This document shows, one piece after another, positions 43,201 to 58,615 of a stretch of DNA of 64,000 bases. The translations under genes were made by a program, and so were the position numbers. Position 1 is the stretch's first letter; every line of letters starts with the position of its first letter. Below the pieces are notes generated by a model. The model was not told the DNA's origin. It did not search any database and saw nothing but the letters and a program-made list of their open reading frames with translations. This stretch comes from the human T2T-CHM13v2.0 reference genome, Homo sapiens. The stretch lies in the NCBI RefSeq assembly GCF_009914755.1, contig NC_060940.1, one strand, 5' to 3'.

Positions 43201-46200
43201 ATGATTCCATTGGGTTCAATTCAATGATGATTACATTGGATTCCGTTCTATGATTCCATTCAATTCCATTCATTGACAATTTGATTCCATTCGATGATGA
43301 TTCCATTTGAGTTCATTCGATGATTCTATTCGATTCTCTTCGATGGTGATTCAATTCTATTATATTGGATGATTCCATTCGATTCCATTTGATGTTGATT
43401 CAATTCGATTCTATTCGATGATGATTCCATTGGATTTCACTTGATGATTCTATTCGATTCCATTCAATGATGATTCACTTCTCGTCCATTGGATGATTCC
43501 ATTTCATTCCATTCGATGATGATTCCATTCGATTCCATTCGATGATTCCATTTGATTCCATGCGACGGTGAGCAATTCGATTCAATTCCATGATGATTCT
43601 ATTTGATTCAATTAGATGATGTTTCCATTCGAATCCATTCCATGATTATTCCATTGGAATCCATTCGGCGATGATTCCATATGAGTCAATTCAATGATGA
43701 TTCCATATGGGTCCGTTCGATGATAATTCCATTTGATTTCATTCGATGCTTCTATTCTATTCCAGTCGATGATGATTCCGTTGGAGTCCATACGATGATT
43801 CCATTTGATTTCATTTGATGATGATTCCATTCGATGATGATTACATTGGATTCCATTCTATGATTCCATTCAATTCCATTCGTTGATGATTCGATTCCAT
43901 TCAATGATGATTCCATTTGAGTTCTTTCGATGATTCTATTCGATTCCGTTCGATGGTGATTCAATTCTATTATATTGGATGATTCCACTCGATTCCATTT
44001 GATGATTATTCCATTGGAGTCCACTTAGTGAATCCTTTAGATTCTACTCGACGATGATTCCATTCGAGTCCATTCGATGATACCATTCAATTCCATTCGT
44101 TGATGCTTCCATTCAAGTGCATTCGATGATATCATTCGATTCCATTTGATGATAATTCCATTTGATTCCATGCGATGATTCTATTCGATTCCATTCAATG
44201 ATAATTCCATTCAATTCAGTGATTCCTCTGGACTCCATTTGATGATGATTCCATTCAATGATTCCATTCGATTCTATTCGAAAATGATTCCATTTGAATC
44301 CATTTGATGATGATTCCATTAGATTCCATTTGATGATTCCATTCGATTCCATTCGACGATGATTCCATTCGATTCCGTTTGATGATTCCATTCTATTCTA
44401 TTCGATGATGATTCCATTCGATTCCATTCGATGATGATTGGATTCGATTCCATTTGATGATTTCATTTGATTCCATTCGTTAATGATTTCGATCAATTCC
44501 ATTCGATGATTCCATTCGATTCCATTCGATAATGATTACATCCGAGTCCATTCGATGATTCCCTTTGAGCCTGTTCGATAATTCCATTTGAGTCCAACCA
44601 ATGATTCCATTCATTTCCATTCAATGATTCCATTCGAGTCCATTTGATCATTCCGGTAGGGTCCATTCGATGTTGATTCCATTGGAGTGCATTCGATGAT
44701 TCCATTCGAGTCCATTTTAGGATTTGATTCGAGTCCTTTCGATGATTCCATTCGATTCCACTCGATGATGATTTCATTCGAGTCCATTCGACACTTCCAA
44801 TCGATTCCATTTGATGATTCCATTCGAGTCCAATTGATGATTCCATTCAATTCCATTCGATGATGATTCTGTACGATTCCATTCTGTGATGATTCCATGT
44901 GATTGCATTCAATGATGATTCCTTTCGATTGCATTCGATTATGATTCATTTCGTGTTCATTCTATGGTTCCACAGGTTTCCATTCGTGTCCATTCCATTA
45001 TTCCATTCTATTCCATTTGATGATGATTCCATTCGATTCCATTCATTGGTGATTCCACTCAATTCCATTCAATGATTCCATTCCATTTCTTTCAACAATG
45101 ATTCCATTAGTTTCTAATCGATGATCCACTTGATTCCATTTGACGACGATTCCATTCTTGTCCATTCGATGATTCCATTTGATTCCATATGATGATGATT
45201 CCATTCGATTCCATACCATGATGATTCCATTCGAGTCCATTCAATGGTGATTCCATTCAATTCCATTCGATGATTCCTTTTGATTCCATTCGATGATGAT
45301 GGCATTCGATTCCTTTCAATCATTCCCTTTGATTCCATTCAAAGGTGATTTCATTCAAGTCCATTCGATAATTGCATTCGATTCCATTCTATGATGATTC
45401 CATTCGAGTCCATTTGATGATTCCATTCAATTCAAGTCAATGATGATTCCATTCGATTCCATTCGAAGATTCCATTGGATTCCATTCGATGATGATTCCA
45501 TTCAAATCCATTCGATAATTCAATTCAAGTCCATTCGATGATGATTCCAATCGAATCCATTCAAAGATTCCATTCAGTTCCATTCGATGATTCCCTTAGA
45601 TTCCATTCGATGATTCCACTTGATTGCATTTACGATGATTCCATTCGATTCCATGTGATGATTCCATTCAATTCTATTCAATGATGTCTCCATTTGATTC
45701 CATTCGACCATGATTGCCTTTGATTCCATTCAATGATTCCATTCGGTTCCGTTTGATGATGATTCCGTTCGATTCCATTTGATGATTCCATTTGATTCCA
45801 TTGGATGAGTCCATTCGATTACATTCGATGATTATTCCATTCGAGTGCATTAGATGATTCCATTCGAGTCCATTCGATGATTCCATTCGATTCCATTCGA
45901 TGTTGATTCTGTTCAAATCCATTCGATGATTCCACTCGATTCCATTCGTTGACTCCATTTGATCCCATCCGATGATTTCCTTTGATTCCCTTTGATGATC
46001 ATTCCATTTGATTCAATTCGGTGATTTCATTTGATTCCATTCAGTGATGTTTCCATTCGACTCCATTCGATGATGATTCCATTCGACTCCATTCGATTAT
46101 TATTTCATTCAATTCCATTCGATAATGATTCCCTTCGAGTCCATTCGATGATTCCATTCGATTCCATTCAACGATGATTTGATTCGTGTCCATTCGATGA

Positions 46201-46391
46201 TTCCATTTGATTCCACTTGATGATGATTCCATTCGAGTCCATTTGATGATTCCATTCAATTCCATACTCCGATGATTTCTTTTGAGCCCACTCAATGCTT
46301 CCACTCGATTCCATATGATGATGACTCCATTCGATGAAATTCGATGATGATTCCATTCGCTTGCTTTCGATGATGATTCCACTTGAGTCCG
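40280..46391 (+). repeat. Unit 9, canonical 6112 bp
   Basis: Landmarks and pseudo-ORFs recur at exactly +6112 (41484/47596/53708/59820; 42908/49020/55132/61244). Confidence 0.96.
43604..43614 (-). promoter_or_regulatory. Candidate DUX4 double-homeodomain site TAATTGAATCA (representative copy; about one per unit)
   Basis: The + strand TGATTCAATTA matches the DUX4 consensus TAAYBBAATCA on the - strand. DUX4 is known to bind and activate HSATII. Binding at this site is not shown. Confidence 0.4.
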
Positions 46392-49300
46392 TTAGAAGAT
46401 TCTATTCAATTACATTCCATGACGATTCCGTTCGAGTCCATTTGATGATTCCATTAGACTCCATTCGACGATGATTCCATTCGATGTTATTCGATGATTC
46501 CATTCGATCTCATTCGATGATGATTCCATTCAACTCCATTCGATGTTTCCATTCGAGTTCATTCTATTATTCCATTAGATTCCATTCGATGATGATTCCA
46601 TTCGATTCCATTTGATGATTGCATTCTATTTCATTTGATGATGATTCCATTCGAGTCCACTCGATGATTCCATTCGAGTCCATTTAATGAATCCATTGGT
46701 TTCAATTCTATGATGATTACATTGGATTCCATTCGTTGATGATTTCATTCGGTTCCATTCAATGATGATTCCATTCAATTCCTTTCAATGTTTCCATTCA
46801 ATTCCATACGATGATGATTCCATTTGATTTGATTCGACAGTGAGCCATTCGATTCAATTCCATGATGATTCTATTTGATTCAATTGGTTGACATTTCCAT
46901 TCGATTCCATTCGATGATGATTCCCTTTGATTCCGTTCAACGATGATTCCATTCTAGCCCATTCAATCATTCCATTCGATTCTATTCAATGATGATTCCA
47001 TTCATGTCGATTTGGTGATTCCATTTGACTTCATTTGATGATGATTCCTTTCAAGTTCATTAGATGATTCCATTCGATTCCATTTGATGATGATCCCATT
47101 CGAGTCCATTCAGTGATTCCATTCGTTTCCATTCCATGATGATTCCATTCCTTTCCATTCAATGATTCCATTCGATTCCGTTTGATGATGATTTCATTCG
47201 AGTCCATTTGATGATTCCATTTGATTCCATTCGATGATGATTCCATTCGAGTCCATTCGATGATTCTATTCGAATCCATTTGATGATTTCTTTTGATTAT
47301 ATTTGGTGATGATTCCATTGGAGTCCATTCAATGATTCCATTCTATTCCAATCGATGATGATTCCATTAGAGTCCATTTAATGATTCCATTTGATTCCAG
47401 TCTCTGATGATTACATTCGAGTCCATACGATGATTCCACTCAATTCCATATGATGATGATTCCATTTGATTCCATTCGGTGATTCCATTCTATTCTATTC
47501 AATGGTGATTCCATTCGAGTACATTAGATGATTCCATTCGATTCCATTCAATGATGATTCTATTTGTGTCCCTTAGATGATTCCACATGATTCCATTAGA
47601 TGATGATACTATTTGAGCCCATCCAATGATTCCCTTCGATTCCATTCGATGAGGATTCCATTCGATTCAATTCATTGGTGATTCTATTCAATTCAATTCT
47701 TTGATTCCATTCCATTCCATTCGACAATGATTCCATTCGATTTCTTTCGATGATTCCACTCGATTCCACTTGACATTGATTCCATTCGATTCCATTCAAT
47801 GATTCCATTTGATTCCAGTGGATGATGATTGCCATCGATTCCATTCGATCACTCCATTCTATTCCATTTGATGATGATTACATTCGATTCCATTTGATGA
47901 TTCCATCTGATTCTATTCGAGGATTCCATTTGATTCCATTCGATGATGATTCCATTCGAGTCCATTCGATGATTTCATTCGAGTACATCCAATGATTCCA
48001 TTCGAGTCCATTAGATGATTCCATTTGATTCCATTTGAAAATGATTCTACTAGAGTCCATTCAATGACTCCATTCGAGTCCATTCAACAATTCCATTCGA
48101 CTCCATTCGATGATTCCATTCGATTCCATTTGATGGTTCCATTCGAGTCCATTTAATCATTACAGTCGAGTCCATTTGGTGATTCCACTGGATTTCTTTT
48201 GATAATGATACCATTCAATTACATTTGATGATGATCCCATTCAACTTCATTTGATGATGATTCCATTAGAGTCCATTCGATGATTTCATTCGAGTCCCTT
48301 CATTGATTCCATCCGATTTCATTGGATGATGACTCCATTCGAGTCCATTCGATGATTCCACTCGATTCCATTAGATGACTCCATTGGAGTCCATTTGATT
48401 GTTCCATTCGATTCCATTCGATTCCTTTCGAAGATTATTCCATTTGAGTCCATTCGATGATGATTCCATTCCATTCCATTCGATGATTCCGTTTGATTCC
48501 ATTCGATGATTCCCTTCGATTCCTTTCTTTGATGATTCCATTCCATTCCATTCAATGATTCCATTCGAATCTATTCCATGATGATTCCTTTCGATTCCAT
48601 TCGCTGATGTTTCCGTTCAATTCCATTCGATGATGATTCCATTCGATTCCATTCATTGAGGATTCCATTTGATTCCATTCAATGATGATTCCGTTCTATT
48701 CCATTCAATGATTGCATTCAATTCCATTCAATGATTATCCCCTTAGAGTAAACTCAACGATTCCATTCAATACCATTCGATGATGATTCCTTTTGAGTCC
48801 ATTCAATGATTTCATTCAAGTCCATTTGATGATTCCTTTCAATTCCATTCTATGATGATTCCATTCGAGTCCATTCGATGATTCCATTCGATTGCATTCG
48901 ATGATTCCATTATATTACATTCAACGGTGATTCCATTCGAGTCCATTCAATGATTGCATTAGAGTACATTTAATGATTGCTTTGTTTTCAATTCGAAGAT
49001 GATTACATTGGATTCCATTCTATGATACCATTCGATTCCATTCAATGATGATTCCACTCAAATCCATTGGATGATTCCATTCGTGTCCATTCGGTGATTT
49101 CATCAGATTCCATTCGAGGATGATTCCATTCGATTCCATTCGATGATTCCATTCAATTCCATTCGATGATGATTCCATTCCAGTCCATATGATCATTCCA
49201 TTTGATTTCATTCGATGATGATTCCATTCGATTCCATTCGATGATTCCATTCTATTCCATTCGATGATGATTCCATTCGAGTCCATTCGATGATTCCATT

Positions 49301-52300
49301 CGAGTCCATTTAATGATTCCATTGGGTTCAATTCAATGATGATTACATTGGATTCCGTTCTATGATTCCATTCAATTCCATTCATTGACAATTTGATTCC
49401 ATTCGATGATGATTCCATTTGAGTTCATTCGATGATTCTATTCGATTCTCTTCGATGGTGATTCAATTCTATTATATTGGATGATTCCATTCGATTCCAT
49501 TTGATGTTGATTCAATTCGATTCTATTCGATGATGATTCCATTGGATTTCACTTGATGATTCTATTCGATTCCATTCAATGATGATTCACTTCTCGTCCA
49601 TTGGATGATTCCATTTCATTCCATTCGATGATGATTCCATTCGATTCCATTCGATGATTCCATTTGATTCCATGCGACGGTGAGCAATTCGATTCAATTC
49701 CATGATGATTCTATTTGATTCAATTAGATGATGTTTCCATTCGAATCCATTCCATGATTATTCCATTGGAATCCATTCGGCGATGATTCCATATGAGTCA
49801 ATTCAATGATGATTCCATATGGGTCCGTTCGATGATAATTCCATTTGATTTCATTCGATGCTTCTATTCTATTCCAGTCGATGATGATTCCGTTGGAGTC
49901 CATACGATGATTCCATTTGATTTCATTTGATGATGATTCCATTCGATGATGATTACATTGGATTCCATTCTATGATTCCATTCAATTCCATTCGTTGATG
50001 ATTCGATTTCATTCAATGATGATTCCATTTGAGTTCATTCGATGATTCTATTCGATTCCGTTCGATGGTGATTCAATTCTATTATATTGGATGATTCCAC
50101 TCGATTCCATTTGATGATTATTCCATTGGAGTCCACTTAGTGAATCCTTTAGATTCTACTCGACGATGATTCCATTCGAGTCCATTCGATGATACCATTC
50201 AATTCCATTCGTTGATGCTTCCATTCAAGTGCATTCGATGATATCATTCGATTCCATTTGATGATAATTCCATTTGATTCCATGCGATGATTCTATTCGA
50301 TTCCATTCAATGATAATTCCATTCAATTCAGTGATTCCTCTGGACTCCATTTGATGATGATTCCATTCAATGATTCCATTCGATTCTATTCGAAAATGAT
50401 TCCATTTGAATCCATTTGATGATGATTCCATTAGATTCCATTTGATGATTCCATTCGATTCCATTCGACGATGATTCCATTCGATTCCGTTTGATGATTC
50501 CATTCTATTCTATTCGATGATGATTCCATTCGATTCCATTCGATGATGATTGGATTCGATTCCATTTGATGATTTCATTTGATTCCATTCGTTAATGATT
50601 TCGATCAATTCCATTCGATGATTCCATTCGATTCCATTCGATAATGATTACATCCGAGTCCATTCGATGATTCCCTTTGAGCCTGTTCGATAATTCCATT
50701 TGAGTCCAACCAATGATTCCATTCATTTCCATTCAATGATTCCATTCGAGTCCATTTGATCATTCCGGTAGGGTCCATTCGATGTTGATTCCATTGGAGT
50801 GCATTCGATGATTCCATTCGAGTCCATTTTAGGATTTGATTCGAGTCCTTTCGATGATTCCATTCGATTCCACTCGATGATGATTTCATTCGAGTCCATT
50901 CGACACTTCCAATCGATTCCATTTGATGATTCCATTCGAGTCCAATTGATGATTCCATTCAATTCCATTCGATGATGATTCCGTACGATTCCATTCTGTG
51001 ATGATTCCATGTGATTGCATTCAATGATGATTCCTTTCGATTGCATTCGATTATGATTCATTTCGTGTTCATTCTATGGTTCCACAGGTTTCCATTCGTG
51101 TCCATTCCATTATTCCATTCTATTCCATTTGATGATGATTCCATTCGATTCCATTCATTGGTGATTCCACTCAATTCCATTCAATGATTCCATTCCATTT
51201 CTTTCAACAATGATTCCATTAGTTTCTAATCGATGATCCACTTGATTCCATTTGACGACGATTCCATTCTTGTCCATTCGATGATTCCATTTGATTCCAT
51301 ATGATGATGATTCCATTCGATTCCATACCATGATGATTCCATGCGAGTCCATTCAATGGTGATTCCATTCAATTCCATTCGATGATTCCTTTCGATTCCT
51401 TTCGATGATGATGGCATTCGATTCCTTTCAATCATTCCCTTTGATTCCATTCAAAGGTGATTTCATTCAAGTCCATTCGATAATTGCATTCGATTCCATT
51501 CTATGATGATTCCATTCGAGTCCATTTGATGATTCCATTCAATTCAAGTCAATGATGATTCCATTCGATTCCATTCGATGATTCCATTGGATTCCATTCG
51601 ATGATGATTCCATTCAAATCCATTCGATAATTCAATTCAAGTCCATTCGATGATGATTCCAATCGAATCCATTCAAAGATTCCATTCAGTTCCATTCGAT
51701 GATTCCCTTAGATTCCATTCGATGATTCCACTTGATTGCATTTACGATGATTCCATTCGATTCCATGTGATGATTCCATTCAATTCTATTCAATGATGTC
51801 TCCATTTGATTCCATTCGACCATGATTGCCTTTGATTCCATTCAATGATTCCATTCGGTTCCGTTTGATGATGATTCCGTTCGATTCCATTTGATGATTC
51901 CATTTGATTCCATTGGATGAGTCCATTCGATTACATTCGATGATTATTCCATTCGAGTGCATTAGATGATTCCATTCGAGTCCATTCGATGATTCCATTC
52001 GATTCCATTCGATGTTGATTCTGTTCAAATCCATTCGATGATTCCACTCGATTCCATTCGTTGACTCCATTTGATCCCATCCGATGATTTCCTTTGATTC
52101 CCTTTGATGATCATTCCATTTGATTCAATTCGGTGATTTCATTTGATTCCATTCAGTGATGTTTCCATTCGACTCCATTCGATGATGATTCCATTCGACT
52201 CCATTCGATTATGATTTCATTCAATTCCATTCGATAATGATTCCCTTCGAGTCCATTCGATGATTCCATTCGATTCCATTCAACGATGATTTGATTCGTG

Positions 52301-52503
52301 TCCATTCGATGATTCCATTTGATTCCACTTGATGATGATTCCATTCGAGTCCATTTGATGATTCCATTCAATTCCATACTCCGATGATTTCTTTTGAGCC
52401 CACTCAATGCTTCCACTCGATTCCATATGATGATGACTCCATTCGATGAAATTCGATGATGATTCCATTCGCTTGCTTTCGATGATGATTCCACTTGAGT
52501 CCG
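46392..52503 (+). repeat. Unit 10, canonical 6112 bp
   Basis: Exact 6112 periodicity. Only scattered substitutions relative to its neighbours. Confidence 0.96.
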
Positions 52504-55500
52504 TTAGAAGATTCTATTCAATTACATTCCATGACGATTCCGTTCGAGTCCATTTGATGATTCCATTAGACTCCATTCGACGATGATTCCATTCGATGTT
52601 ATTCGATGATTCCATTCGATCTCATTCGATGATGATTCCATTCAACTCCATTCGATGTTTCCATTCGAGTTCATTCTATTATTCCATTAGATTCCATTCG
52701 ATGATGATTCCATTCGATTCCATTTGATGATTGCATTCTATTTCATTTGATGATGATTCCATTCGAGTCCACTCGATGATTCCATTCGAGTCCATTTAAT
52801 GAATCCATTGGTTTCAATTCTATGATGATTACATTGGATTCCATTCGTTGATGATTTCATTCGGTTCCATTCAATGATGATTCCATTCAATTCCTTTCAA
52901 TGTTTCCATTCAATTCCATACGATGATGATTCCATTTGATTTGATTCGACAGTGAGCCATTCGATTCAATTCCATGATGATTCTATTTGATTCAATTGGT
53001 TGACATTTCCATTCGATTCCATTCGATGATGATTCCCTTTGATTCCGTTCAACGATGATTCCATTCTAGCCCATTCAATCATTCCATTCGATTCTATTCA
53101 ATGATGATTCCATTCATGTCGATTTGGTGATTCCATTTGACTTCATTTGATGATGATTCCTTTCAAGTTCATTAGATGATTCCATTCGATTCCATTTGAT
53201 GATGATCCCATTCGAGTCCATTCAGTGATTCCATTCGTTTCCATTCCATGATGATTCCATTCCTTTCCATTCAATGATTCCATTCGATTCCGTTTGATGA
53301 TGATTTCATTCGAGTCCATTTGATGATTCCATTTGATTCCATTCGATGATGATTCCATTCGAGTCCATTCGATGATTCTATTCGAATCCATTTGATGATT
53401 TCTTTTGATTATATTTGGTGATGATTCCATTGGAGTCCATTCAATGATTCCATTCTATTCCAATCGATGATGATTCCATTAGAGTCCATTTAATGATTCC
53501 ATTTGATTCCAGTCTCTGATGATTACATTCGAGTCCATACGATGATTCCACTCAATTCCATATGATGATGATTCCATTTGATTCCATTCGGTGATTCCAT
53601 TCTATTCTATTCAATGGTGATTCCATTCGAGTACATTAGATGATTCCATTCGATTCCATTCAATGATGATTCTATTTGTGTCCCTTAGATGATTCCACAT
53701 GATTCCATTAGATGATGATACTATTTGAGCCCATCCAATGATTCCCTTCGATTCCATTCGATGAGGATTCCATTCGATTCAATTCATTGGTGATTCTATT
53801 CAATTCAATTCTTTGATTCCATTCCATTCCATTCGACAATGATTCCATTCGATTTCTTTCGATGATTCCACTCGATTCCACTTGACATTGATTCCATTCG
53901 ATTCCATTCAATGATTCCATTTGATTCCAGTGGATGATGATTGCCATCGATTCCATTCGATCACTCCATTCTATTCCATTTGATGATGATTACATTCGAT
54001 TCCATTTGATGATTCCATCTGATTCTATTCGAGGATTCCATTTGATTCCATTCGATGATGATTCCATTCGAGTCCATTCGATGATTTCATTCGAGTACAT
54101 CCAATGATTCCATTCGAGTCCATTAGATGATTCCATTTGATTCCATTTGAAAATGATTCTACTAGAGTCCATTCAATGACTCCATTCGAGTCCATTCAAC
54201 AATTCCATTCGACTCCATTCGATGATTCCATTCGATTCCATTTGATGGTTCCATTCGAGTCCATTTAATCATTACAGTCGAGTCCATTTGGTGATTCCAC
54301 TGGATTTCTTTTGATAATGATACCATTCAATTACATTTGATGATGATCCCATTCAACTTCATTTGATGATGATTCCATTAGAGTCCATTCAATGATTTCA
54401 TTCGAGTCCCTTCATTGATTCCATCCGATTTCATTGGATGATGACTCCATTCGAGTCCATTCGATGATTCCACTCGATTCCATTAGATGACTCCATTGGA
54501 GTCCATTTGATTGTTCCATTCGATTCCATTCGATTCCTTTCGAAGATTATTCCATTTGAGTCCATTCGATGATGATTCCATTCCATTCCATTCGATGATT
54601 CCGTTTGATTCCATTCGATGATTCCCTTCGATTCCTTTCTTTGATGATTCCATTCCATTCCATTCAATGATTCCATTCGAATCTATTCCATGATGATTCC
54701 TTTCGATTCCATTCGCTGATGTTTCCGTTCAATTCCATTCGATGATGATTCCATTCGATTCCATTCATTGAGGATTCCATTTGATTCCATTCAATGATGA
54801 TTCCGTTCTATTCCATTCAATGATTGCATTCAATTCCATTCAATGATTATCCCCTTAGAGTAAACTCAACGATTCCATTCAATACCATTCGATGATGATT
54901 CCTTTTGAGTCCATTCAATGATTTCATTCAAGTCCATTTGATGATTCCTTTCAATTCCATTCTATGATGATTCCATTCGAGTCCATTCGATGATTCCATT
55001 CGATTGCATTCGATGATTCCATTATATTACATTCAACGGTGATTCCATTCGAGTCCATTCCATGATTCCATTAGAGTACATTTAATGATTGCTTTGTTTT
55101 CAATTCGAAGATGATTACATTGGATTCCATTCTATGATACCATTCGATTCCATTCAATGATGATTCCACTCAAATCCATTGGATGATTCCATTCGTGTCC
55201 ATTCGGTGATTTCATCAGATTCCATTCGAGGATGATTCCATTCGATTCCATTCGATGATTCCATTCAATTCCATTCGATGATGATTCCATTCCAGTCCAT
55301 ATGATCATTCCATTTGATTTCATTCGATGATGATTCCATTCGATTCCATTCGATGATTCCATTCTATTCCATTCGATGATGATTCCATTCGAGTCCATTC
55401 GATGATTCCATTCGAGTCCATTTAATGATTCCATTGGGTTCAATTCAATGATGATTACATTGGATTCCGTTCTATGATTCCATTCAATTCCATTCATTGA

Positions 55501-58500
55501 CAATTTGATTCCATTCGATGATGATTCCATTTGAGTTCATTCGATGATTCTATTCGATTCTCTTCGATGGTGATTCAATTCTATTATATTGGATGATTCC
55601 ATTCGATTCCATTTGATGTTGATTCAATTCGATTCTATTCGATGATGATTCCATTGGATTTCACTTGATGATTCTATTCGATTCCATTCAATGATGATTC
55701 ACTTCTCGTCCATTGGATGATTCCATTTCATTCCATTTGATGATGATTCCATTCGATTCCATTCGATGATTCCATTTGATTCCATGCGACGGTGAGCAAT
55801 TCGATTCAATTCCATGATGATTCTATTTGATTCAATTAGATGATGTTTCCATTCGAATCCATTCCATGATTATTCCATTGGAATCCATTCGGCGATGATT
55901 CCATATGAGTCAATTCAATGATGATTCCATATGGGTCCGTTCGATGATAATTCCATTTGATTTCATTCGATGCTTCTATTCTATTCCAGTCGATGATGAT
56001 TCCGTTGGAGTCCATACGATGATTCCATTTGATTTCATTTGATGATGATTCCATTCGATGATGATTACATTGGATTCCATTCTATGATTCCATTCAATTC
56101 CATTCGTTGATGATTCGATTTCATTCAATGATGATTCCATTTGAGTTCATTCGATGATTCTATTCGATTCCGTTCGATGGTGATTCAATTCTATTATATT
56201 GGATGATTCCACTCGATTCCATTTGATGATTATTCCATTGGAGTCCACTTAGTGAATCCTTTAGATTCTACTCGACGATGATTCCATTCGAGTCCATTCG
56301 ATGATACCATTCAATTCCATTCGTTGATGCTTCCATTCAAGTGCATTCGATGATATCATTCGATTCCATTTGATGATAATTCCATTTGATTCCATGCGAT
56401 GATTCTATTCGATTCCATTCAATGATAATTCCATTCAATTCAGTGATTCCTCTGGACTCCATTTGATGATGATTCCATTCAATGATTCCATTCGATTCTA
56501 TTCGAAAATGATTCCATTTGAATCCATTTGATGATGATTCCATTAGATTCCATTTGATGATTCCATTCGATTCCATTCGACGATGATTCCATTCGATTCC
56601 GTTTGATGATTCCATTCTATTCTATTCGATGATGATTCCATTCGATTCCATTCGATGATGATTGGATTCGATTCCATTTGATGATTTCATTTGATTCCAT
56701 TCGTTAATGATTTCGATCAATTCCATTCGATGATTCCATTCGATTCCATTCGATAATGATTACATCCGAGTCCATTCGATGATTCCCTTTGAGCCTGTTC
56801 GATAATTCCATTTGAGTCCAACCAATGATTCCATTCATTTCCATTCAATGATTCCATTCGAGTCCATTTGATCATTCCGGTAGGGTCCATTCGATGTTGA
56901 TTCCATTGGAGTGCATTCGATGATTCCATTCGAGTCCATTTTAGGATTTGATTCGAGTCCTTTCGATGATTCCATTCGATTCCACTCGATGATGATTTCA
57001 TTCGAGTCCATTCGACACTTCCAATCGATTCCATTTGATGATTCCATTCGAGTCCAATTGATGATTCCATTCAATTCCATTCGATGATGATTCCGTACGA
57101 TTCCATTCTGTGATGATTCCATGTGATTGCATTCAATGATGATTCCTTTCGATTGCATTCGATTATGATTCATTTCGTGTTCATTCTATGGTTCCACAGG
57201 TTTCCATTCGTGTCCATTCCATTATTCCATTCTATTCCATTTGATGATGATTCCATTCGATTCCATTCATTGGTGATTCCACTCAATTCCATTCAATGAT
57301 TCCATTCCATTTCTTTCAACAATGATTCCATTAGTTTCTAATCGATGATCCACTTGATTCCATTTGACGACGATTCCATTCTTGTCCATTCGATGATTCC
57401 ATTTGATTCCATATGATGATGATTCCATTCGATTCCATACCATGATGATTCCATGCGAGTCCATTCAATGGTGATTCCATTCAATTCCATTCGATGATTC
57501 CTTTCGATTCCTTTCGATGATGATGGCATTCGATTCCTTTCAATCATTCCCTTTGATTCCATTCAAAGGTGATTTCATTCAAGTCCATTCGATAATTGCA
57601 TTCGATTCCATTCTATGATGATTCCATTCGAGTCCATTTGATGATTCCATTCAATTCAAGTCAATGATGATTCCATTCGATTCCATTCGATGATTCCATT
57701 GGATTCCATTCGATGATGATTCCATTCAAATCCATTCGATAATTCAATTCAAGTCCATTCGATGATGATTCCAATCGAATCCATTCAAAGATTCCATTCA
57801 GTTCCATTCGATGATTCCCTTAGATTCCATTCGATGATTCCACTTGATTGCATTTACGATGATTCCATTCGATTCCATGTGATGATTCCATTCAATTCTA
57901 TTCAATGATGTCTCCATTTGATTCCATTCGACCATGATTGCCTTTGATTCCATTCAATGATTCCATTCGGTTCCGTTTGATGATGATTCCGTTCGATTCC
58001 ATTTGATGATTCCATTTGATTCCATTGGATGAGTCCATTCGATTACATTCGATGATTATTCCATTCGAGTGCATTAGATGATTCCATTCGAGTCCATTCG
58101 ATGATTCCATTCGATTCCATTCGATGTTGATTCTGTTCAAATCCATTCGATGATTCCACTCGATTCCATTCGTTGACTCCATTTGATCCCATCCGATGAT
58201 TTCCTTTGATTCCCTTTGATGATCATTCCATTTGATTCAATTCGGTGATTTCATTTGATTCCATTCAGTGATGTTTCCATTCGACTCCATTCGATGATGA
58301 TTCCATTCGACTCCATTCGATTATGATTTCATTCAATTCCATTCGATAATGATTCCCTTCGAGTCCATTCGATGATTCCATTCGATTCCATTCAACGATG
58401 ATTTGATTCGTGTCCATTCGATGATTCCATTTGATTCCACTTGATGATGATTCCATTCGAGTCCATTTGATGATTCCATTCAATTCCATACTCCGATGAT

Positions 58501-58615
58501 TTCTTTTGAGCCCACTCAATGCTTCCACTCGATTCCATATGATGATGACTCCATTCGATGAAATTCGATGATGATTCCATTCGCTTGCTTTCGATGATGA
58601 TTCCACTTGAGTCCG
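52504..58615 (+). repeat. Unit 11, canonical 6112 bp
   Basis: Exact 6112 periodicity. Nearly identical to unit 10. Confidence 0.96.
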
